This document shows positions 43,094 to 55,974 of a DNA stretch of 64,000 nt, piece by piece. A model generated the notes under the pieces. The model made no database searches. It worked only from the letters and a program-made list of their open reading frames with translations, and was not told the origin of the DNA. This stretch comes from Octopus vulgaris. Taxonomy: Eukaryota. The stretch's first letter is position 1. Each line of letters opens with the position of its first letter. The stretch covers positions 84,692,001 to 84,756,000 of the forward strand of contig OX597822.1 of the NCBI GenBank assembly GCA_951406725.2. Direction: 5' to 3'. Position numbers and translations under genes: made by a program.

Positions 43094-43128
<35 letters not shown>

Positions 43129-43310
43129 CGAAAAATACCTTAGGAATGAGAACCCAGGTTCGAAATTTCCCCAACACTCCTGATGAAGGCTGGAGGGTAT
43201 ATTAGCTGAAACCTAGTGTTAACAACAAACAAGATGAGGACAAATATCCGTCGAATGTAAATAATGTAAATAATATAAATAATTCCTCATCTTTTAAATA
43301 TAGAACTGTA
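42818..43310 (-). mobile_element. tRNA-headed hammerhead SINE (minus, 42818-43085) with an inverted copy of its ribozyme tail (plus, about 43086-43310)
   Basis: Head tggcgtagtagttaaaagcgc...gagttcgattctagg (A and B boxes), (AAT)n, tail with hammerhead; 43129-43270 is the reverse complement of 42818-42955. Confidence 0.88.
43173..43220 (+). ncRNA. Minimal type I hammerhead in the inverted tail
   Basis: aacactc-CTGATGA-aggctg...tagct-GAAA-C-CTA-gtgtt. Confidence 0.7.
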
Positions 43311-43339
43311 TTATTATTGATATTTATGATTTTGATTTT

Positions 43340-43553
43340 AGGCTGTGAAATCGCAGAATCGTTACCACGCCGGACAAAATGCTTAGCGGTATTTCGTCCG
43401 ACTTTACGTTCTGAGTTCAAATGCCGCCGGGGTCGATTTTACCGTTCATCTTTTCAGGGTCGATAAAATAAGTACCAGTTATACACTGGGATTAATGTAA
43501 TCGTCTTACCCCACCACCGCTGATGTTGCTGGCCTTGTGCCAAAATTTGAAAC
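43340..43553 (+). mobile_element. SINE family A copy
   Basis: Head, B box and core intact. Confidence 0.85.
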
Positions 43554-44235
43554 CGATATACATAATGATGATTCCTAAGATAGCTACAAGGTCACGTATT
43601 TTATGCAGGGGATTGTATGGATACCTGTAATTAACTGAGTCTTTATCCATTGACTCCTGGAAAGCAATTTATCGAAAAATATCGAACTCAGAACGTAAAG
43701 GGATAAAACCAAAACCCACAAGACAACTTAGCATAGCAGCATTCTACCGTTTTCTATTACCTACCACCCACATCTACCCCGTCCTGACTCTCACCCAATT
43801 ATTACTGTTGAATATACGAAATATTGTTTTTATCTATTAACCGACTTTCCCCAAAATTTTTGTATCAAGAAACCAAAGGACCCATTTCAAAAAACTACTG
43901 CCTTGTTGATATCCGGGTCTCTGCAGGTTCAGACTCACCACCGAGTAGGAAAATACGGCGGAAATATTCTGTAGTTTGTATCTGTCTTGGGTTACGATTC
44001 ACTGTTGATTCTTTCAGACTCTGCAATCGTATCCGTACCATCGAAATACGAATACTTGCTTAAGCTTGCGTTGGTGGAAGAGTACATTTGCGAGTTCTGA
44101 CCTAAATCGAACAGAGATCAATTCTATTTTTCTTTCTGTGTCCCTCCAGGTCTCCTCTCTCTCTCTGTCTGTCTCTCACTCTCTCCGTGTCTGTCTGTCT
44201 GTCGAGCTCCCTTTATTCTTCAACTTTTTCTCATG

Positions 44236-44303
<68 letters not shown>

Positions 44304-45005
44304 GCACACACATATATATGTATATATTTATGTATATGTATATATATATTTATATACATACATGCATACATACACCCCCCACCCCACACACATATATATA
44401 TACATATACATACATACACACGCACAAGCATATATATATATATATACGCACAAACAAAATTCTCTTTTAGTTAGAAAGGAAGGTAGTGCCCATGATGGTC
44501 TCCAAGACTAGCGGATGGGAGGAAGGTGTTCTCAAACCGGAAACGCCTGTGGACTTCACTGGATGCATTCAGAATGGTAGGTGACGGTGTTAAATCAGGT
44601 AATAACCCCAAGTAATTGCAGGATCTGAACTCAGAACGCAGAGCCGGAACAAATACCACAAGGCATACAATCCCACGTTCCTACAGTCCCAAAAGTGTAA
44701 GTGAAGGATAACAAAGGGTAGCAATAGTACGAAAGAAAGAGAGCGATGGGAGAGAGAGAGAGAAAAGAGAGAGAGAGAGAGAGGGGAGAATGGAGAAAGA
44801 GAGGGAGAGGAGAGAGAGAGAGCGAGAAACTGGGATCACTAAAGATGTCTGTACTAAGCAGGAAGGCGCTGAAAAGTAGAACACATGGATTCAGCACTGT
44901 GGTGGCAGCGGAGATTATCGATAGTTACATCCCCACCCCAAAGAAAATTAGGAAAATAATATGGATATAAACATAAATACAACGCACACACACATGTAAA
45001 CATGA

Positions 45006-45085
<80 letters not shown>

Positions 45086-45108
45086 ATACAATATGTTACA
45101 TTACTCGG

Positions 45109-45182
45109 TAGTCAAGATAAAACTCTGAGTTTCAGATGCCGAAGTGGAAATCCACAACACCATCTCTTCGGTTATCTGGCTA
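45109..45182 (-). ncRNA. Type I hammerhead (CCGAAGA core) in the 3' pLTR
   Basis: Reverse complement of 46515-46588. Confidence 0.75.
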
Positions 45183-45389
45183 TTTGAAAACGTTATGAAA
45201 AAATACCGTTAAATAAAGGGAAATTACTCTGTTATAACTCTGCTTGCCTGCGTACTTATACATCGCTTGCATTTTTCGTCATAAAAATTATGTAAAAATT
45301 ATATAAAAATACATAAAAAATATATAAAAAATATATAAAAATATATAAATATATAAATTCTTCTTGGGACATAACATAGAAAGCATGTT

Positions 45390-46409
45390 CTATCTGTTTT
45401 CTTTAGGGGACCAAAAACGTAACAGAAATTTAGTCACATGTGGGCATGATCCGAAAAACTCTGTCCTTGTATTTAGACATGTAGTAGGGTCTAAGCTGCT
45501 TTTCCAGATAAGCCATCTCTCCGTGTCGCATAGACCGCACCTTCCGCTGCCGTTAGTATAGGGCTTACATCTGGCCAAAATCTTCCATTGTATGTTATAA
45601 TCGACACCATTATCTCTTAAAGACCAAATATAATTAGATAATTGTGTTGCTTTTCTTTTGTTCCAGTGCCTAAAGCTCAAAGTGTGGTTATTGAACCTGG
45701 CCTTGAAATTACCCTCAGTAAGGCCCACGTATTTCTTCGTCGAAACGGTGTCTTTAGTGGTTATAGAGTTTACGGTAGCTTCATATATGATGGTCTTGGA
45801 CATGCAAGCTCAATTTAGCGGGCACAATTCTTTATTCCTGCATGAACAGCTGTTTTCTTCTTGTATTTTTTGTATGTTATGTTTGATTATGTTTTTAAAA
45901 TTGGTAGTTGAACTAAAACTAATTTTTAAATTGTGTCTATTGAAGAGTTTCCTATAAGTATGGTTAACTGGAAAATGTCTATCTATCAGTGCTAGGAAAT
46001 ATTTACCTATATTGAAGGCCACCTCGGGTGAGTAAGGGGGCGTAAACCAGATGACCTTCCTATTTCTATTATTCCTTTTCCTTACTGTTGGGCTAGTGAT
46101 AGGTGTATATTTTATTTTATCGCTAAAACCACTATCTTTTAAAGCCTTATTATAAACTGGAGCAACGCTATTGAAGATGTCCTCATCAGATGAGAGGCTA
46201 GAAATCCTCTTACTAATATTTTTAACTAAATTTTTGAATACTATAGGGGGATGGCATGAACCTACATTAATATAACTTAGTCTATCATTGGGCTTCCTAT
46301 AAGGCTTATAAATATTCTTATTAAGATCTAAGGAAACGTCTAAGAAATTGACAACCGTCAGGTTAGTATCTATAGTTATACTAAGTCCGAAGTGTTTCAT
46401 TAACTGGAT
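45390..46409 (-). pseudogene. PLE polyprotein C-terminal part: RT end, CxC..CPL Cys linker, GIY-YIG endonuclease; one in-frame TGA at 45810-45812
   Basis: VNFLDVSLDL, YKPYRKPN, SCHPP, VIWFTPPYS, CSCRNKELCPLN*AC, IIYEATV...KYVGLTE.NFKARFNNH, CGLC..E, CPH; the two track ORFs are in the same frame. Confidence 0.92.
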
Positions 46410-46443
46410 ATTATCCAGTTAATGAAACACTTCGGACTTAGTA
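46379..46443. repeat. Perfect 32-bp fold-back palindrome with 1-nt loop
   Basis: tactaagtccgaagtgtttcattaactggata-t-tatccagttaatgaaacacttcggacttagta. Confidence 0.97.
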
Positions 46444-46514
46444 CGCAGGCAAGCAGAGTTAATAACAGAGTAATTTCCCTTTATTTAACGGTATTTTTTC
46501 ATAACGTTTTCAAA

Positions 46515-46588
46515 TAGCCAGATAACCGAAGAGATGGTGTTGTGGATTTCCACTTCGGCATCTGAAACTCAGAGTTTTATCTTGACTA
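46515..46588 (+). ncRNA. Type I hammerhead (CCGAAGA core) in the inverted pLTR
   Basis: agataa-CCGAAGA-gatg..gtgga(tt)tccac..catc-t-GAA-ACTC-A-GAGT-T-ttatct; stem I 6 bp, extended stem II, GUU site. Confidence 0.75.
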
Positions 46589-46678
46589 CCGAGTAATGTA
46601 ACATATTGTATAGATAAATTTCCTCTATTTACATAATATTGAGGTATCTTTCTTTCTTTTGTTATCTTACCGTTTTAT

Positions 46679-46765
<87 letters not shown>

Positions 46766-46997
46766 TGTTCGTTTGTTTTCCACCTGCCTTCGTCTTTTGT
46801 TTATTTTCATAAAGCTTCCCGTTATATATATATATATATGTATGTATGTGTGTGTGTGTGTGTGTTTGTTTGTTTTTATATTCAGTTATACTAAAAACTA
46901 TTCTATATTAATCAGATGGGTTACTCTATACTTTTGCAGAGTACGACTTTATCATTCTTAAACAAGAATATTATTGACAGTGACCTCGAAGTTACGG

Positions 46998-47040
46998 CAG
47001 TCCGACGATGGCTTAACTGGCCGAAACTTCGAAGTCGCTG
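46998..47040 (+). ncRNA. Type I hammerhead (CCGACGA core) inside an imperfect palindrome spanning 46951-47069
   Basis: cagt-CCGACGA-t-ggc(ttaactg)gcc-GAA-ACTTCGAAGT-C-gctg; GUC site, palindromic stem III. Confidence 0.72.
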
Positions 47041-47067
47041 ACAACAATATTTTTGTTCAAGAATTAG

Positions 47068-47106
<39 letters not shown>

Positions 47107-48082
47107 ATAAATAAATATATATATATATATATATATATATGATGTAAATAAATAAATAAATATATATATATGTACATATCTGTGTGTATGCATACGTGAG
47201 GTATGTACGTGAGGTATTATGTATGTATGTGCGTATGTATGTATGCACACACACACACACACACACACACGCTCACACACACACACAAACTCACACACAC
47301 ACACACACACTGACATATGCATATAGAAGGAGAGGAGAGAGTATTACATGTATGTACATTTGCAAACAAGCATGTATGCTTATTGCGTTTATTCATGTTT
47401 ATTTAATTGAGCTTCTGCTATAAAATCTGCGTCTGTTGGGACAGTGTATTATAAACATGTTGGGTTCTTTCCATACTTGTCAGCCTATCAAGAATGCAAG
47501 CAAAGAATTCACCATTTCACATGTTATTTCTTCGTTTCATTTACTTCCTCGTACATTTATATATTTTTAGGTACATTCATCGAAGCAAGATATTACAAAT
47601 TCTCATCATCCGCGTATGATCTTTAATGTCGTGGCCGTATCAACTTTCTTGTGTTCTTATCGTGTTAACATATTTGGAGTCGGTGCCGTGCTAGGTAAAA
47701 TATACATTTCTCAAAATAACTGCCTGGTTCTCTTCACATTCTGTTTGAGATTCCTGTGCATGCATTTATGCACGGTAGACAGGCAGATACATACAGAAGC
47801 ACAGAGAGATGGGGACACATATACTCACAAACATACACACAAACGAACTAGCCACCAGTCAACAAGCGAAGTCGATTAATCGATTATAACCTTACCCACA
47901 ACATCCATAGCCTTGTGTCTAAACGAAATCATGACAGGAGGCGTGGAGAGTAAGATCGCAAGAATATCGTAGAAAATTCCATGCTAGAATCTGTTAATGT
48001 CTTTCGAAGTTCTTGGTTCAAATTCCACCAACGCTCACTTTTAATTTTTTCCTCCGAAACGGAGTAGACTATAAAAAATGAT

Positions 48083-48768
48083 ATGGCTGTGAGGTTAAGG
48101 AAGCTTGCTTTGCAACGATATAGTTTCGGGTTCAATCGTAGTGCGTGGCACCGTCGGCAACTGTCTTCTAATATAATCCCTGGCTGTCCAATGCTTTGTG
48201 AGTGAATTTGGCAGATAGAAGCTGGAGGCCTGTCGTACGTGTGTGTGTGTGAGTCCTGCCACCAGTGGACAACCAGTATTGGCTTGGTCCCGTCCCTGTA
48301 ACTTAGCTGTTCGGCAAAAGAGACTGATAGAATGAGATCCATACTGGGGTCGATTTATTCGACCCAGAAAATTAATTTGATTTCAACGGGATTTGAACTC
48401 AGAATGTAAATATCCGGAAAAAAAGATATTTTGAAAATACCTGAGATATTTTATACAATATACAAGCAATTTTGAAATCCACTTTTCTGGGTTGGTATCT
48501 AGCATAATTAATGTAACGAACATCAAAATTCTAACTCTTTTTAATTGTGGCACAAAGTCCGCAATTTTTCGAGGAGGGGGAGGAGAGGAGGCAGATCGAT
48601 TACATCAACTTCTGTACTTGACTGATGTTTTATTTGATGGATATTTTATTCTAAGGATCAAAGGCAAAGTTGACCTCAGCGGTATTTGAACTGAGTACGT
48701 AAAACATTCGGAAGTAATGCCGCTAAGCATTCTATCCAACGCGCCAACGATTCTACCAGCTCGCCATC
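48083..48768. mobile_element. Degenerate SINE B (+, 48083-48365) and SINE A (-, 48540-48768)
   Basis: Family motifs as in other copies. Confidence 0.7.
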
Positions 48769-49353
48769 TTCATCAATATTCTAATTACAGTCTATAATTA
48801 ACTGCTCAATAACTAATATAATCAACAATACTATCCAGCTTCTCACGTGTGTTCAAGTGTTATGCTTTCAACAGCCTCAACTATGGAACGAAGCAGAAGA
48901 CATAATCCAAATCTTTAATGTCATAAAACAATGCTATGAAAATCTGAAAATTTAAGGTTCGAAATATAAATAAGAACTTGGTCTGAAACGAAGAATTTCA
49001 ATGACCGCCGCATGTTTAAATAATTTCAGCAGTAAATAAGGGAGATAACTGCAAACATTAACTCTGGCCTGAGGCGAAACAAAGCAACCACCACCACCAC
49101 CACCACCACCACCACCACCACCACCACCACCAATACTATTACTACTACTGTTTCTGTTTCGCTTGAGTTTGCCTTTGAACCTCATTCATTGCAATCACAT
49201 CTTTAACTTGTAATGAGCCCACGTCGTGTATGTTTGTGTGTATGTGTGTATGTGTATGTATGTATATGTGAATGCATCTGTGCATGCATATATGCATATA
49301 TGTATTGATATATGAATATATGTGTATGGTATGTATGTAAATATAGTATGCAC

Positions 49354-49399
<46 letters not shown>

Positions 49400-49477
49400 A
49401 TATATATATTGATATGTACATGTGTGTGATGGAGTGTATGTATATATATTTCTGTTATACACATATATATGTGCATG

Positions 49478-49553
<76 letters not shown>

Positions 49554-50480
49554 ATGTATCTGTCATTAGCTATGTGTTTATATACATGTACGTATATATA
49601 TGTATATAAGTGTGTGTGTGTATATATATATATATGTATATGTTTATGCATGTACACATACTCACACATAAATTTCATGTCTTCTCCATTAAAAATTGTG
49701 ACATAAGATTTATCAAATGATTTCAACAATCACTCATTGAGATAGCGACGATAAATGCTCAGCTGTTTTAATTCTTTTTCTCTCTCACTCTCTTCCACGA
49801 TCTCTTCATCTCTCTCTTTCTCTCTCTCACACACACACACTCTTCCTTATTCTGTCTCTTGCGCCCTTCCTTCTCGTTCCAAGTCTCTCTCTCTGTCTCT
49901 TTCCCGCCACTCCTCTCCTTCTCCCGCTATCTCTATTCGATTCAGTTGACTGAATAAGCTTCGCTTCTCCCTGTGAGTTTACACCATTGCTTCTCTTCTC
50001 TACAATGACACATACATAAGGTTCACAAACAAGGTGAAAAAGGCGGCATGTGTGAGGTCTGTTAGTTTTGCTGCTAAAAGTATTTGCCTAGTTATCTGAT
50101 GAATGCCGCTTCGATCCCCACCTCTATCTCTCTCTCTTTTTCTCTCTTTCTCTAATTTGTCGCACCTCCTTTTTTTCTTATCTTATGTATTTATTATTTT
50201 GTATAAAAAATTCTTCCATATTGTTTTTCTTTGTATGTAAGTATTACGTATTCCTGCAACGCTTGTTTTCATTTCAGTTCACACTGTGGGCTTTCTATAT
50301 TGCTCTTGTATTTTTTATGGAGTTGCACAGTGCTCACATGTACACAATACATACATACACATTATATACGTTTGCATATACACACAGGGCATACATATAT
50401 ACGTCCATACGTATATACACACACAGTATATGTATGTGGAAGAATAGTTATGCCAGTGTTGTGTTGTGTGTGTGTATGTA

Positions 50481-50533
<53 letters not shown>

Positions 50534-50866
50534 TCAAAAAGTCATAGACACAGAAAGTCACACAAACGCAAATATAAATACATAGATAAACATATCTATA
50601 GATAGGTATGTATTCAGTTTTAAGTAGATCTAAATATCGATACACACATAAACAAACACACACACATATATAATATATATATATACATAAACATACACAT
50701 TTATATGGGTATATAATATATATATATACACACATATACATACGTACGTACATACATATTTTTTTCATATATATATATATATAAACATATATATATATAC
50801 ATATATATATACATATATATATATACATATATATATATACATATATATATATACATATATATGTAT

Positions 50867-50935
<69 letters not shown>

Positions 50936-51017
50936 CATACATACCTCTGTACATTACACAAACATACACGCACTCACACACACACACAAAGTGTGTTTGT
51001 AAAGGATTATGACATGT

Positions 51018-51254
<237 letters not shown>

Positions 51255-51369
51255 GTTGAGATGATGCTGAATGGTAAAATCATCAGACGAAAGTTTTCAG
51301 GCAGAGCAACCTTCAAAGGAGACAATCTGTCCGTTTTTCTTTGCTGACTGCAACTTTTAAAACAGTAGA

Positions 51370-52760
51370 TCTTTGGCTTGCCACGTTGCGCTGATGGCTA
51401 TGGTCACCGACATGAGAGCAAATGTACGGTTTGTTATGATTTGCCATTCTCTTTGGCTGTAATGAGAATCACAGCCGACAAATGAAGTAACATGCCGCTT
51501 CTACAGATACAAAGACCGGCAGTTTGTATGCCGCGTAGTGGCCGTCTTGGTAAAGTCCCTGTTAATAATTACAGTTTCTGTAGGTGTTGGGTTGGGTTGG
51601 GTTGTTGGGTCTCGAAGAATGGGCAGTGCTCATGGCCTTCATAGATTCTTGAGACCAAAGTGATTGATTCCGTTAGATAGGAGTTTGATCGGCCGGTAGA
51701 AGTGCATGGACTCCCAATCGGTGCCTGTCGTGCCTGGTGCCGGCCTGCGAGTGCGGCATTAGATGCCTTGGGCACTAAGGACAGGTCATTTTGGCGATGT
51801 TCCATAATACAATATGCTGAGAGATTAGCGCTCGGCATGGGGATCCTGCCCGCAGGATCCCTCTATGATGACTAGGTATATCGAAAAAAAAAAAAATTGA
51901 GACATTTAATACCAGATTTGACATAGGTGGTACCATGTTCTGTTGGCGGGACAGTGGGAGTCGCCCCAGGCTTAGACTTATTTTAGACTCATGGCGCCGG
52001 TTTTCCGGTTTCCGTGGCACATACATTTCCCCCCGAATAGGACGCCGGTCCGTCGTAAGATTGTTCATTTACAAAGTTACGCGAGGGGAAAAAAGGAAGG
52101 AAGAAAGAAAGAAAAAGAAATTAAGAAAAATTTTAAAAAGGAAAAAAGAAAAAAGAAAAAGAAAATAATGGATGAACAAAGGAAAAAAAAATCCCAGCGA
52201 CTATGTTCTTCTCAATAAGTGTGAGGTACAAGTTGCTAGTTAAGATAATCTTTTGCACTTCTTGCATGGATGGGAAGCCAGGGTTTTACTGGGTCAAAAT
52301 CTCCAATCCGATCCTGTACCAGTTCTGATATTTTTAAATTCTCGAAGCGAATCCGAGCCTTCGACTACAACGCATGCAACCAGCCACCAAATGTCTAATT
52401 CTGGTGGCACGCCTGATATTCTAACCTTCACCACCCGCCGTCGAAGGTATATAGGGAGGAGGAGGAGGAGGAGGAAGAAGAAGGGGAGAAGATCCTCGTA
52501 TTTGCACTGGACCATTGAGTGTTTTGGGGCCTGTGCCTCTGTGAGGAACCTCACTTCCACAGAACCATATTGTCTCCCTCGTGTGAGGAAATCAATATCA
52601 GTCCCAATGCCCTTCAAGCATTTTTCTACTTGAATGTGTGACGCATTGGAAACTTTCCTCGTTTGATTATATCGTTTTTGCTGTTGGTGTTGTTCCTATC
52701 GCTGTTGGTGTTAGTCGGAGCCAAAGCGATGCTATTGTTAGTGGCGATGTTCATATCGTT
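51370..52760 (-). pseudogene. Decayed Tx1/L1-like LINE pieces (ORF1 about 52250-52760; possible ORF2 C-terminus about 51370-51870)
   Basis: KGIGTDIDFLTRGRQYGSVEVRF...RRVVKVRISGVPPEL resembles L1/Tx1 ORF1 RRM; ALPILRD weakly resembles the ORF2 ALPVRD pre-zinc-knuckle motif. Confidence 0.5.
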
Positions 52761-53591
52761 GACCGAAGTAGCCAATCTACTTGCTACCCGGAGAAATCAT
52801 TTATATTGTAGCTGTATTGCTTATTTGTTTCTCCCGTTGAAGCTTTACTGTTGTTGTTGCTGCTGTTACAAGAAAACAGTTTAAAAAGAATTATCTAAAA
52901 CCAGTTATGTCTCTTTGTTGCAGGTTCAAATCCAAGGGAGAGAGAGTAAAGAAAAAAAAAATATATATATATGAGTGTTGTGAAAATGGTGTCAGTGATA
53001 TAGTATTACCTTCAAAATAGCGATTAGAGGAAGCGCTGCAAGATATTTCCGGAGAAATTCTCTTAATCGAAAGAGAAAAATTGCTACACAATCTACTGTA
53101 CTTTCAAAATTGAAGATTCAGCCAAAAAACAGACTGGAATTGTTAGATCTGTCTCCACTTGTATCCAAATTATGGGCAAAGAAATATAAGGTTGACGATA
53201 AGAAACACTGGAAGCGTTGAAGTTCCTTTGAATAACGGTATGAGGTCAATCGCAAGTGGTGTGAAAGACGACTTCAGGGCCATTTGCCCTGAAGAATTGG
53301 AGAGGGTCGGAAAGTTGATATCTTACTGAGGTCGATTCGTCTTTCCTCCATCCATTGTGAAATACGGTGGTGAGGTTCATCTCTCGACTTTACCCTCGAT
53401 CATAATTTATAAGCATTGTGCCTTGTATTAAAAAATCAATATTCAACTCGTTTTCCCACAAATATGTGTCATTAGGAATGATTAGTTTAATCATGACCAC
53501 ATGTGGCCTCGAAATTGATGAAAAGGCGAAGAACATGGAATAGCTGTGATATCTGTGGGTCAGCTCTAATTGTTCCATTGAACAAGCGTGC

Positions 53592-54070
<479 letters not shown>

Positions 54071-54595
54071 TAGATGAGTATTTTCCACCCTGTGTTTGTG
54101 CGTGGCCGCTCCCTCACATAAGAATGGCTCGGGAAATAAACTTAGGATGGTGTAAAATAATCTGACTTTAAAAACCAGGACAAAAAAATTAGATTTAGAA
54201 AATAAAACTGGGGAAATGACACTATAAATTGTAAACGCGATAATTAGAACCGAAAATCCTGCTTGAATCTGATTGGTTAAATAAATGTGTTCCGGAAAAG
54301 TTCGTTGGTCGGAAGTCAGGTGCTCGTCGCCCTTAGTGTTGTTTAGGCTTAGTTCACATAAGCTCTAAATTAGCATTCTTCTGTTCAAAGGCATTCCAGC
54401 TGTGACCATCCTGTTTTTTTTTCTTTTCAGGCGCAGTATATATATGACTACAATATAGAAATGTTTTTCACTTTTTTTTCTTAAGCTATTGAGGTTTATT
54501 TACTGTATGAGATTTAGTTGTTCTTTCTAGCATATCACGTAAATACGTTGAAACGTTGATGCTGGTTTCGTTTGCCGTATATACAGTTAAGTGAA

Positions 54596-54937
54596 GTCAC
54601 CGTGATCGACCAGACAATCGGAGGTTGTTATACACCGCCGGTTACAATGCGCTTTGTATCGTTTTAGCCTTCGAATGACGCCACCGTCTGGCTAGGTGAA
54701 CGGGCCAACATTGCACCTATTTCTTTACTACCCACAAGGGGCTAAATACAGAGGGGACATTGCACCTGGCTGGAAGGTTAGTCCGTCGAAGGGTGAACCC
54801 ATTTTCAGCTGAGTGGGCTGGAGCAGCATAAAAATGAAGTGTTTTGCTCAAGAACAAAACGTACGGTCCGTTGGGAATCGAGCTTACGATCGCTGGATCG
54901 TGAGTGTAACATCCTATCCACTGGGTCACGCGCCTTC
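54596..54937 (-). mobile_element. SINE C-type copy containing a 38-bp SINE A tail insertion
   Basis: tRNA-like head at 54870-54937; insert flanked by ACATTGCACCT duplication. Confidence 0.8.
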
Positions 54938-55591
54938 ACATCACATAGTTGGGTAATATAACCTCCACTCACACACGCGCGCGCCACAAAGCGCAACTGA
55001 GGTTGATATTTGATGAATTGCGGTTTTACTCCGATTGCGACAATTTCCTGCCTTTCCTCAGAGTTTGGAATGTTTGAATTATGTTTTCCTTTCTACTCTT
55101 TTACGTTGGAGGGAAATACCCGTGTCATGCATAAAAGATCAAACACATCAGATTTAGTTATGGAGTTTGTATTTTATGAATTATAAGTGATCGTTATTTT
55201 GAAAATCCTGTTTGCTAAAAGAACCATGTAATAATTATTTCCCGATATAATTAGAAGCGGGGGAAATGGCAGAACCTCTCAAACGTTCCAGTTTGAATGG
55301 TTCTGTTAATTGTACCAGTAACGAATGTCAATAATTTTAATATAGAATCTAAAAGAAAATTGTTGAACGGAGAGTTATATGATTTACCGAATGCTCCAGA
55401 GTAGACTCGAGAGCCACATTCACGTCAAATACTATCCTGTTTCTCATGGCGCACGCAAGCGGGCTTTTATGAATGTATACCCCCCCCCCCGACGATATGC
55501 CTCCACTCATCCATACACTTTAGCCAGGGCCAATTTATGTCCAACAGAAACTCTCAACACTCAGAAGATTTTGGTGTCCCCTATATATATA

Positions 55592-55935
55592 TCTCTCTCT
55601 ATATAAACGGCAAAATGTCTGTGTGTGTGTCCTTTATACAAATTCACAATTTTTCAGTTAGATGGCTCGCACTTTCTATGGTCATTCAAAACCGTCCAAG
55701 TGTGGTCGTGCACATCTTTACATTTCCCCAGTCACCCCGCAAAGCCATTAAAAAAATCAATAGAAGTGACTTTTTTGTGAATTTTGTATCCAAAACCTAA
55801 TGAAAATGCCCGAAGCTTAATACGCCAATTGAATAGTAGGAGATTTGGACAGTACTCGCGTTTATGTGTGCACGCACGCAGCTGTATATGCATGCACTAG
55901 CACTATGACCCGGCGTTGGTGGGTCAAAGTGCTAG
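55592..55935 (+). mobile_element. Non-autonomous Helitron, second family
   Basis: 5' a|TCTCTCTCTATATAAA, hairpin tgaccc...gggtca, 3' CTAG|t. Confidence 0.8.
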
Positions 55936-55974
55936 TGTAATTTAAAATATAAACAATAATATAGCACGGAATTT

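Larger units (their letters stand above)
45082..46682 (-). mobile_element. 5'-truncated Penelope-like element (Naiad-like) with inverted pLTR, inserted in (TA)n
   Basis: RT thumb plus GIY-YIG ORF; 45082-45256 and 46440-46615 are near-perfect inverted repeats (one indel seen); (TA)n on both flanks. Confidence 0.93.

Noticed and set aside
50096-50120. CTGATGA motif
   Set aside because: No downstream GAAA or supporting helices.
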